The notes beneath the pieces were generated by a model. It did no database searches and was not told the origin of the DNA. It worked only from the letters and a program-made list of their open reading frames with translations. From Eledone cirrhosa (Eukaryota): a DNA stretch of 64,000 nucleotides. Positions 27,701 to 39,595 of this stretch are shown piece after piece. Every line of letters begins with the position of its first letter. The first letter of the stretch is position 1. Location of the stretch: the NCBI GenBank assembly GCA_964016885.1, contig OZ024744.1, forward strand, positions 18,352,001 to 18,416,000, written 5' to 3'. The position numbers and the translations under genes were made by a program.

Positions 27701-30700
27701 ACTCTGTATGTCACTGTGTGTTTCTGTATGTCTGTGTCACTATGTATGCCACTGTATATTTGTGTTGTCTGTGTCATTGTGTATGTCACTGGGTGTTTCT
27801 GTATGTCTGTGTCACTGTGTATGACACTGTGTCTTTCTGTATGTATGTATCACTGTGTATGTCACTGTGTGTATCTGTATGTCGGTGTCACTGTGTAAGT
27901 CATTGTATCTTTGTGTATGTCTGTGGAACTCTGTATGTCGTTGTGTGTTTCTGTATGTATGTGTCTCTGTGTATGTCACTGTATATTTGTGTATGTATGT
28001 GTCACTGTGTATGTCACTGTGAGTTTCTCTATGTCTGTGTCACTGTGTATGTCACTGTATGTCTCTGTATGTCTGTGTCACTGTCTATGTCACTGTATCT
28101 TTGTGTATGTCTGTGTCACTGTGTATGTCACTGTGTGTTTCTGTATGTCTGTGTCACTGTGTATGTCACAGTTTGTTTCTGTATATATGTGTCTCTGTGT
28201 ATGTCACTGTAGTTTTGTGTATGTCTGTGTCACTGTGTGTTTCTGTATGTATGTGTCACTGTGTATGTCACTGTATGTTTCTGTATGTCTGTGTCACTGT
28301 GTATGTCACTGTTTGTTTCTGTATGTATGTGTCACTGTGTATGTCACCGTATGTGTGTGTATGTCTGTGTCACGGTGTATGTCACTGTATCTTAGTGTAT
28401 GCCTGTGTCACTGTGTATGTCACTGTGAGTTTCTGTATGTCTGTGTCTCTGTGTATGTCACTGTATCTTTGTGCATGTATGTGTCACTGTGTATGTCACT
28501 GTATGTTTCTGTATGTCTGTGTCACTGTGTATATCACTGTGTGTTTCTGTATATCTGTGTCTCTGTGTATGTCACTGTATCTTTGTGTATGTCTGGGTCA
28601 CTGTGTATGTCACTGTATATTTGTGTATGTCTGTGACACGGTGTATATCACTGTATGTTTGTGTATGTCTGTGTCACTGTGTATGTCACTGTGTGTTTCT
28701 GTATGTCTGTGTCACTGTGTATATCAATGTGTGTTTCTGTATCTCTGTGTCACGGTGTATGTCATTGCATGTTTGTGTATGTCTGTGTGACTGTGTATGT
28801 CACTGTGTGTTTCTGTATGGCTGTGTCACTGTGTATGTCACTGTATCTTTGTGTATGTCTGTGTCACTGTGTATGTCACAGTGTGTTTCTGTATGTCTGT
28901 GTCACTGTCTATGTCACTGTATGTTTCTGAATGTCTGTGTCACTGTGTATGTCACTGTGTGTTTCTGTATGTCTGTGTCACGGTGTATGTCACTGTATGT
29001 TTGTGTGTGACTGTGTCACTGTGTATGTCACTGTGTGTTTGTGTATGTCTGTGTCACTGTAAGTTTCTGTATGTCTGTGTCACTGTGTATGTCACTGTGT
29101 GTTTCTGGATGTCTGTGTCACTGTGTATGTCATTGTATCTTTGTGTATGTCTGTGTCACTGTGTATGTCACTGTATGTTTCTGTAAGTTTGTGTCACTGT
29201 GTATGTCACTGTGTGTTTCTGTATGTCTGTGTCTCTGTGTATGTCACTGTATGTTTCTGTATATCTGTTTCACTGTGTATGTCACTGTGTCTTTATGTAT
29301 GTCTGTGTCACTCTGTATGTCACTGTATATTTCTGTATGTCTGTGTAACTGTGTATATCACTGTATGTTTCTGTATGTCTGTGTCACTGTGTATGTCATT
29401 GCATATTTGTGTATGTCTGTCTCACTGTGTATGTCACTGTGTGTTTCTGCATGTCTGTGTCACTGTGTATGTCACTGTGTGTTTCTGTATGTCTGTGTCA
29501 CTGTGTATATCACTGTATGTTTCTGTATGTCTCTTTCACTGTGTATATCACTGTGTGTTTCTGTATGTCTGTGTCACTGTATATGTCACTGTATCTTTGT
29601 GTATGCCTGTGTCACTGTCTATGTCACTGTATGTTTCCGTATGTCTGTTTCACTGTGTATGTCACTGTATATTTGTGTATGTCTGTGTCACTCTGTATGT
29701 CACTGTGTGTTTCTGTATGTCTGTGTCACTATGTATGCCACTGTATATTTGTGCTGTCTGTGTCATTGTGTATGTCACTGGGTGTTTATGTATGTCTGTG
29801 TCACTGTGTATGACACTGTGTCTTTCTGTATGTATGTATCACTGTGTATGTCACTGTGTGTATCTGTATGTCGGTGTCACTGTGTAAGTCATTGTATCTT
29901 TGTGTATGTCTGTGGCACTCTGTATGTTGTTGTGTGTTTCTGTATGTATGTGTCTCTGTGTATGTCACTGTATATTTGTGTATGTATGTGTCACTGTGTA
30001 TGTCACTGTGAGTTTCTCTATGTCTGTGTCACTGTGTATGTCACTGTATGTCTCTGTATGTCTGTGTCACTGTCTATGTCACTGTATCTTTGTGTATGTC
30101 TGTGTCACTGTGTATGTCACTGTGTGTTTATGTATGTCTGTGTCACTGTGTATGTCACAGTTTGTTTCTGTATATATGTGTCTCTGTGAATGTCACTGTA
30201 GTTTTGTGTATGTCTGTGTCACTGTGTGTTTCTGTATGTCTGTGTCACTGTGTATGTCACTGTATGTTTCTGTATGTCTGTGTCACTGTGTATGTCACTG
30301 TTTGTTTCTGTATGTATGTGTCACTGTGTATGTCACCGTGTGTGTGTGTATGTCTGTGTCACGGTGTATGTCACTGTATCTTAGTGTATGCCTGTGTCAC
30401 TGTGTATGTCACTGTGAGTTTCTGTATGTCTGTGTCTCTGTGTATGTCACTGTATCTTTGTGCATGTATGTGTCACTGTGTATGTCACTGTATGTTTCTG
30501 TATGTCTGTGTCACTGTGTATATCACTGTGTGTTTCTGTATATCTGTGTCTCTGTGTATGTCACTGTATCTTTGTGTATGTCTGGGTCACTGTGTATGTC
30601 ACTGTATATTTGTGTATGTCTGTGTCACGGTGTATATCACTGTATGTTTGTGTATGTCTGTGTCACTGTGTATGTCACTGTGTGTTTCTGTATGTCTGTG

Positions 30701-33700
30701 TCACTGTGTATATCAATGTGTGTTTCTGTATCTCTGTGTCACGGTGTATGTCACTGCATGTTTGTGTATGTCTGTGTGACTGTGTATGTCACTGTGTGTT
30801 TCTGTATGGCTGTGTCACTGTGTATGTCACTGTATCTTTGTGTATGTCTGTGTCACTGTGTATGTCACAGTGTGTTTCTGTATGTCTGTGTCACTGTATA
30901 TGTCACTGTATGTTTCTGAATGTCTGTGTCACTGTGTATGTCACTGTGTGTTTCTGTATGTCTGTGTCACGGTGTATGTCACTGTATGTTTGTGTGTGAC
31001 TCTGTCACTGTGTGTTTGTGTATGTCTGTGTCACTGTAAGTTTCTGTATGTCTGTGTCACTGTGTATGTCACTGTGTGTTTCTGGATGTCTGTGTCACTG
31101 TGTATGTCATTGTATCTTTGTGTATGTCTGTGTCACTGTGTATGTCACTGTATGTTTCTGTAAGTTTGTGTCACTGTGTATGTCAGTCACTGTGTGTTTC
31201 TGTATGTCTGTGTCTCTGTGTATGTCACTGTATGTTTCTGTATGTCTGTTTCACTGTGTATGTCACTGTGTCTTTATGTATGTCTGTGTCACTCTGTATG
31301 TCACTGTATATTTCTGTATGTCTGTGTCACTGTGTATATCACTGTATCTTTCTGTATGTCTGTGTCACTGTGTATGTCACAGTGTGTTTGTGTATGTCTG
31401 TGTCACTGTCTATGTCACTGTATGTTTCTGAATGTCTGTGTCACTGTGTATGTCACTGTGTGTTTGTGTATGTCTGTGTCACTGTATGTTTATGTATGTC
31501 TGTGTCACTGTGTATGTCACTGTATGCTTCTGTATGTCTGTGTCACTGTGTAAGTCATTGTATCTTTGTGTATGTCACTGTATGTTTCTGTATGTTTGTG
31601 TCACTGTGTATGTCACTGTGTGTTTCTGTATGTCTGTGTCACTGTGTATGTCACTGTGTGTTTCTGTATGTTTGTGTCACTGTGTATGTCACTAAATGTT
31701 TGTGTGTGTCTGTGTCTCTGTGTATGTCACTGTTTGTTTGCGTGTGTCTGTGTCACTGTGTATGTCACTGTGTGTTTCTGTATGTCTGTGTGACTGTCTA
31801 TGTCACTGTGTGTTTCTGTATGTTTGTGTCACTGTGTATGTCACTAAATGTTTGTGTGTGTCTGTGTCTCTGTGTATGTCACTGTTTGTTTGCGTGTGTC
31901 TGTGTCACTGTGTATGTCACTGTATGTTTCTGTATGTCTGTGTCACTTTGTATGTCACTGTGTGTTTCTGTATGTATGTGTCACCGTGTATGTCACTGTA
32001 TCTTTGTGTATGCCTGTGTCACTGTGTATGTCACTGTGTGTTTCTGTATGTCTGTGTCACTGTGTATGTCACTGTGTGTTTCTGTATGTCTGTGTGACTG
32101 TGTATGTCACTGTTTGTTTGTGTATGTCTGTGTCACTGTGTGTGTTTCTGTATGTATGTGTCACTGTGTATGTCATTGCATCTTTGTGTATGTCTGTCTC
32201 ACTGTGTATGTCACTGTGTGTTTCTGCATGTCTGTGTCACTGTGTATGTCACTGTGTGTTTCTGTATGTCTGTGTCACTGTGTATCTCACTGTATGTTTC
32301 TGTATGTCTCTTTCACTGTGTATGTCACTGTATATTTGTGTATGTCTGTGTCACTCTGTATGTCACTGTGTGTTTCTGTATGTCTGTGTCACTATGTATG
32401 CCACTGTATATTTGTGTTGTCTGTGTCATTGTGTATGTCACTGGGTGTTTCTGTATGTCTGTGTCACTGTGTATGACACTGTGTCTTTCTGTATGTATGT
32501 ATCACTGTGTATGTCACTGTGTGTATCTGTATGTCGGTGTCACTGTGTAAGTCATTGTATCTTTGTGTATGTCTGTGGAACTCTGTATGTCGTTGTGTGT
32601 TTCTGTATGTATGTGTCTCTGTGTATGTCACTGTATATTTGTGTATGTATGTGTCACTGTGTATGTCACTGTGAGTTTCTCTATGTCTGTGTCACTGTGT
32701 ATGTCACTGTATGTCTCTGTATGTCTGTGTCACTGTCTATGTCACTGTATCTTTGTGTATGTCTGTGTCACTGTGTATGTCACTGTGTGTTTCTGTATGT
32801 CTGTGTCACTGTGTATGTCACAGTTTGTTTCTGTATATATGTGTCTCTGTGTATGTCACTGTAGTTTTGTGTATGTCTGTGTCACTGTGTGTTTCTGTAT
32901 GTATGTGTCACTGTGTATGTCACTGTATGTTTCTGTATGTCTGTGTCACTGTGTATGTCACTGTTTGTTTCTGTATGTATGTGTCACTGTGTATGTCACC
33001 GTATGTGTGTGTATGTCTGTGTCACGGTGTATGTCACTGTATCTTAGTGTATGCCTGTGTCACTGTGTATGTCACTGTGAGTTTCTGTATGTCTGTGTCT
33101 CTGTGTATGTCACTGTATCTTTGTGCATGTATGTGTCACTGTGTATGTCACTGTATGTTTCTGTATGTCTGTGTCACTGTGTATATCACTGTGTGTTTCT
33201 GTATATCTGTGTCTCTGTGTATGTCACTGTATCTTTGTGTATGTCTGGGTCACTGTGTATGTCACTGTATATTTGTGTATGTCTGTGACACGGTGTATAT
33301 CACTGTATGTTTGTGTATGTCTGTGTCACTGTGTATGTCACTGTGTGTTTCTGTATGTCTGTGTCACTGTGTATATCAATGTGTGTTTCTGTATCTCTGT
33401 GTCACGGTGTATGTCATTGCATGTTTGTGTATGTCTGTGTGACTGTGTATGTCACTGTGTGTTTCTGTATGGCTGTGTCACTGTGTATGTCACTGTATCT
33501 TTGTGTATGTCTGTGTCACTGTGTATGTCACAGTGTGTTTCTGTATGTCTGTGTCACTGTCTATGTCACTGTATGTTTCTGAATGTCTGTGTCACTGTGT
33601 ATGTCACTGTGTGTTTCTGTATGTCTGTGTCACGGTGTATGTCACTGTATGTTTGTGTGTGACTGTGTCACTGTGTATGTCACTGTGTGTTTGTGTATGT

Positions 33701-34050
33701 CTGTGTCACTGTAAGTTTCTGTATGTCTGTGTCACTGTGTATGTCACTGTGTGTTTCTGGATGTCTGTGTCACTGTGTATGTCATTGTATCTTTGTGTAT
33801 GTCTGTGTCACTGTGTATGTCACTGTATGTTTCTGTAAGTTTGTGTCACTGTGTATGTCACTGTGTGTTTCTGTATGTCTGTGTCTCTGTGTATGTCACT
33901 GTATGTTTCTGTATATCTGTTTCACTGTGTATGTCACTGTGTCTTTATGTATGTCTGTGTCACTCTGTATGTCACTGTATATTTCTGTATGTCTGTGTAA
34001 CTGTGTATATCACTGTATGTTTCTGTATGTCTGTGTCACTGTGTATGTCA
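24715..34050 (+). repeat. Near-perfect tandem 4652-bp duplication (about 24715-29366 and 29367-34050)
   Basis: Identical translations at 25248/29900, 26424/31076, 27196/31848, 27911/32563, 28797/33449. Private variants shared by the two copies: GTCAGTCAC, GTGGAACTC, GTATCTCAC. Confidence 0.93.
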
Positions 34051-37000
34051 CTGTGTGTTTCTGTATGGCTGTGTCACTGTGTATGTCACAGTGTGTTTCT
34101 GTATGTCTGTGTCACTGTCTATGTCACTGTATGTTTCTGAATGTCTGTGTCACTGTGTATGTCACTGTGTGTTTGTGTATGTCTGTGTCACTGTATATTT
34201 CTGTATGTCTGTGTCACTGTGTATGTCACTGTGTGTTTCTGTATGTCTGTGTCACTGTGTATGTCATTGTATCTTTGTGTATGTCTGTGTCACTGTGTAT
34301 GTCACTGTATGTTTCTGTAAATTTGTGTCACTGTGTATGTCACTGTGTGTTTCTGTATGTCTGTGTCTCTGTGTATGTCACTGTATGTTTCTGTATGTCT
34401 GTTTCACTGTGTATGTCACTGTGTCTCTATGTATGTCTGTGTCACTCTCTATGTCACTGTATATTTCTGTATGTCTGTGTCACTGTGTATATCACTGTAT
34501 GTTTCTGTATGTCTGTGTCACTGTGTATGTCACTGTGTGTTTCTGTATGGCTGTGTCACTGTGTATGTCACAGTGTGTTTCTGTATGTCTGTGTCACTGT
34601 CTATGTCACAGTGTGTTTCTGTATGTCTGTGTCACTGTCTATGTCACTGTATGTTTCTGAATGTCTGTGTCAGTGTGTATGTCACTGTGTGTTTGTGTAT
34701 GTCTGTGTCACTGTATGTTTCTGTATGTCTGTGTCACTGTGTATGTCACTGTGTGTTTCTGTATGTCTGTGTCACTGTGTATGACATTGTATCTTTGTGT
34801 ATGTCTGTGTCACTGTGTATGTCACTGTATGTTTCTGTATGTTTGTGTCACTGTGTATGTCACTGTGTGTTTCTGTATGTTTGTGTCTCAGTGTATGTCA
34901 CTGTATGTTTCTGTATGTCTGTTTCACTGTGTATGTCACTGTGTCTTTATGTATGTCTGTGTCACTCTGTATGTCACTGTATATTTCTGTATGTCTGTGT
35001 CACTGTGTATGTCACTGTATGTTTCTGTATGTCTGTGTCACTGTGTATGTCACTGTGTGTTTCTGTATGTCTGTGTCACTGTGTATATCAATGTGTGTTT
35101 CTGTATCTCTGTGTCACGGTGTATGTCACTGCATGTTTGTGTATGTCTGTGTGACTGTGTATGTCACTGTGTGTTTCTGTATGGCTGTGTCACTGTGTAT
35201 GTCACTGTATCTTTGTGTATGTCTGTGTCACTGTGTATGTCACAGTGTGTTTCTGTATGTCTGTGTCACTGTATATGTCACTGTATGTTTCTGAATGTCT
35301 GTGTCACTGTGTATGTCACTGTGTGTTTCTGTATGTCTGTGTCACGGTGTATGTCACTGTATGTTTGTGTGTGACTCTGTCACTGTGTGTTTGTGTATGT
35401 CTGTGTCACTGTAAGTTTCTGTATGTCTGTGTCACTGTGTATGTCACTGTGTGTTTCTGGATGTCTGTGTCACTGTGTATGTCATTGTATCTTTGTGTAT
35501 GTCTGTGTCACTGTGTATGTCACTGTATGTTTCTGTAAGTTTGTGTCACTGTGTATGTCACTGTGTGTTTCTGTATGTCTGTGTCTCTGTGTATGTCACT
35601 GTATGTTTCTGTATGTCTGTTTCACTGTGTATGTCACTGTGTCTTTATGTATGTCTGTGTCACTCTGTATGTCACTGTATATTTCTGTATGTCTGTGTCA
35701 CTGTGTATATCACTGTATGTTTCTGTATGTCTGTGTCACTGTGTATGTCACTGTGTGTTTCTGTATGGCTGTGTCACTGTGTATGTCACTGTATCTTTCT
35801 GTATGTCTGTGTCACTGTGTATGTCACAGTGTGTTTGTGTATGTCTGTGTCACTGTCTATGTCACTGTATGTTTCTGAATGTCTGTGTCACTGTGTATGT
35901 CACTGTGTGTTTGTGTATGTCTGTGTCACTGTATGTTTCTGTATGTCTGTGTCACTGTGTATGTCACTGTATGCTTCTGTATGTCTGTGTCACTGTGTAA
36001 GTCATTGTATCTTTGTGTATGTCACTGTATGTTTCTGTATGTTTGTGTCACTGTGTATGTCACTGTGTGTTTCTGTATGTCTGTGTCTCTGTGTATGTCA
36101 CTGTATGTTTCTGTATGTCTGTGTCACTGTGTATGTCACTGTATGTTTCTGTATGTCTGTGTCACTGTGTATGTCACTGTATGTTTCTTTATGTCTGTGT
36201 CACTGTGTATGTCACTGTATGTTTCTGTATGTCTGTGTCACTGTGTATGTCACTGTATCTTTGTGTATGTCTGTGTCCCTGTGTATGTCACTGTATGTTT
36301 CTGTATGTTTGTGTCACTGTGTATGTCACTGTGTGTTTCTGTATGTCTGTGTCACTGTGTATGTCACTGTGTGTTTCTGTATGTCTGTGTGACTGTGTAT
36401 GTCACTGTGTGTTTGTGTATGTCTGTGTCACTGTATGTTTCTGTATGTCTGTGTCACTGTGTATGTCACTGTGTGTTTCTGTATGTATGTGTCACCGTGT
36501 ATGTCACTGTATCTTTGTGTATGCCTGTATCACTGTGTATGTCACTGTGTGTTTCTGTATGTTTGTGTCACTGTGTATGTCACTAAATGTTTGTGTGTGT
36601 CTGTGTCTCTGTGTATGTCACTGTGTGTTTGCGTGTGTCTGTGTCACTGTGTATGTCACTGTGTGTTTCTGTATGTCTGTGTGACTGTGTATGTCACTGT
36701 TTGTTTGTGTATGTCTGTGTCACTGTGTGTGTTTATGTATGTCTGTGTCACTGTGTATGTCATTGCATCTTTGTGTATGTCTGTCTCACTCTGTATGTCA
36801 CTGTGTGTTTCTGCATGTCTGTGTCACTGTGTATGTCACTGTGTGTTTCTGTATGTCTGTGTCACGGTGTATGTCACTGTATGTTTGTGTATGACTGTGT
36901 CACTGTGTATGTCACTGTGTGTTTGTGTATGTCTGTGTCACTGTATGTTTCTGTATGTCTGTGTCACTGTGTATGTCACTGTGTGTTTCTGTATGTCTGT

Positions 37001-37084
37001 GTCACTGTGTATGTCATTGTATCTTTGTGTATGTCTGTGTCACTGTGTATGTCACTGTATGTTTCTGTAAGATTGTGTCACTGT

Positions 37085-39595
37085 GTATGTCACTGTGTGT
37101 TTCTGTATGTCTGTGTCTCTGTGTATGTCACTGTATGTTTCTGTATGTCTGTTTCACTGTGTATGTCACTGTGTCTTTATGTATGTCTGTGTCACTCTGT
37201 ATGTCACTGTATATTTCTGTATGTCTGTGTCACTGTGTATATCACTGTATGTTTCTGTATGTCTGTGTCACTGTGTATGTCACTGTGTGTTTCTGTATGA
37301 CTGTGTCACTGTGTATGTCACTGTATCTTTGTGTATGTCTGTGTCACTGTGTATGTCACAGTGTGTTTCTGTATGTCTGTGTCACTGTCTATGTCACTGT
37401 ATGTTTCTGAATGTCTGTGTCAGTGTGTATGTCACTGTGTGTTTGTGTATGTCTGTGTCACTGTATGTTTCTGTATGTCTGTGTCACTGTGTATGTCACT
37501 GTGTGTTTCTGTATGTCTGTGTCACTGTGTATGTCACTGTGTGTTTCTGTATGTTTGTGTCACTGTGTATGTCACTAAATGTTTGTGTGTGTCTGTGTCT
37601 CTGTGTATGTCACTGTTTGTTTGCGTGTGTCTGTGTCACTGTGTATGTCACTGTGCGTTTCTGTATGTCTGTGTGACTGTCTATGTCACTGTGTGTATCT
37701 GTATGTTTGTGTCACTGTGTATGTCACTAAATGTTTGTGTGTGTCTGTGTCTCTGTGTATGTCACTGTTTGTTTGCGTTTGTCTGTGTCACTGTGTATGT
37801 CACTGTATGTTTCTGTATGTCTGTGTCACTTTGTATGTCACTGTGTGTTTCTGTATGTATGTGTCACCGTGTATGTCACTGTATCTTTGTGTATGCCTGT
37901 GTCACTGTGTATGTCACTGTGTGTTTCTGTATGTTTGTGTCACTGTGTATGTCACTAAATGTTTGTGTGTGTCTGTGTCACTGTGTATGTCACTGTGTGT
38001 TTCTGTATGTCTGTGTGACTGTGTATGTCACTGTTTGTTTGTGTATGTCTGTGTCACTGTGTGTGTTTCTGTATGTCTGTGTCACTGTGTATGTCATTGC
38101 ATATTTGTGTATGTCTGTCTCACTGTGTATGTCACTGTGTGTTTCTGCATGTCTGTGTCACTGTGTATGTCACTGTGTGTTTCTGTATGTCTGTGTCACT
38201 GTGTATATCACTGTATGTTTCTGTATGTCTCTTTCACTGTGTATATCACTGTGTGTTTCTGTATGTCTGTGTCACTGTATATGTCACTGTATCTTTGTGT
38301 ATGCCTGTGTCACTGTCTATGTCACTGTATGTTTCTGTATGTCTGTTTCACTGTGTATGTCACTGTATATTTGTGTATGTCTGTGTCACTCTGTATGTCA
38401 CTGTGTGTTTCTGTATGTCTGTGTCACTATGTATGCCACTGTATATTTGTGCTGTCTGTGTCATTGTGTATGTCACTGGGTGTTTATGTATGTCTGTGTC
38501 ACTGTGTATGACACTGTGTCTTTCTGTATGTATGTATCACTGTGTATGTCACTGTGTGTATCTGTATGTCGGTGTCACTGTGTAAGTCATTGTATCTTTG
38601 TGTATGTCTGTGGCACTCTGTATGTTGTTGTGTGTTTCTGTATGTATGTGTCTCTGTGTATGTCACTGTATATTTGTGTATGTATGTGTCACTGTGTATG
38701 TCACTGTGAGTTTCTCTATGTCTGTGTCACTGTGTATGTCACTGTATGTCTCTGTATGTCTGTGTCACTGTCTATGTCACTGTATCTTTGTGTATGTCTG
38801 TGTCACTGTGTATGTCACTGTGTGTTTATGTATGTCTGTGTCACTGTGTATGTCACAGTTTGTTTCTGTATATATGTGTCTCTGTGAATGTCACTGTAGT
38901 TTTGTGTATGTCTGTGTCACTGTGTGTTTCTGTATGTCTGTGTCACTGTGTATGTCACTGTATGTTTCTGTATGTCTGTGTCACTGTGTATGTCGCTGTT
39001 TGTTTCTGTATGTATGTGTCACTGTGTATGTCACCGTGTGTGTGTGTATGTCTGTGTCACGGTGTATGTCACTGTATCTTAGTGTATGCCTGTGTCACTG
39101 TGTATGTCACTGTGAGTTTCTGTATGTCTGTGTCTCTGTGTATGTCACTGTATCTTTGTGCATGTATGTGTCACTGTGTATGTCACTGTATGTTTCTGTA
39201 TGTCTGTGTCACTGTGTATATCACTGTGTGTTTCTGTATATCTGTGTCTCTGTGTATGTCACTGTATCTTTGTGTATGTCTGGGTCACTGTGTATGTCAC
39301 TGTATATTTGTGTATGTCTGTGTCACGGTGTATATCACTGTATGTTTGTGTATGTCTGTGTCACTGTGTATGTCACTGTGTGTTTCTGTATGTCTGTGTC
39401 ACTGTGTATATCAATGTGTGTTTCTGTATCTCTGTGTCACGGTGTATGTCACTGCATGTTTGTGTATGTCTGTGTGACTGTGTATGTCACTGTGTGTTTC
39501 TGTATGGCTGTGTCACTGTGTATGTCACTGTATCTTTGTGTATGTCTGTGTCACTGTGTATGTCACAGTGTGTTTCTGTATGTCTGTGTCACTGT
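37085..39595 (+). repeat. Dispersed copy of ~23735-26245 (offset 13350)
   Basis: ORF pairs 23981/37331, 24229/37579, 24675/38025, 25248/38598. Shared variants TATGACTGTG, TTGCGTTTG, GTGCTGTC. Confidence 0.88.
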
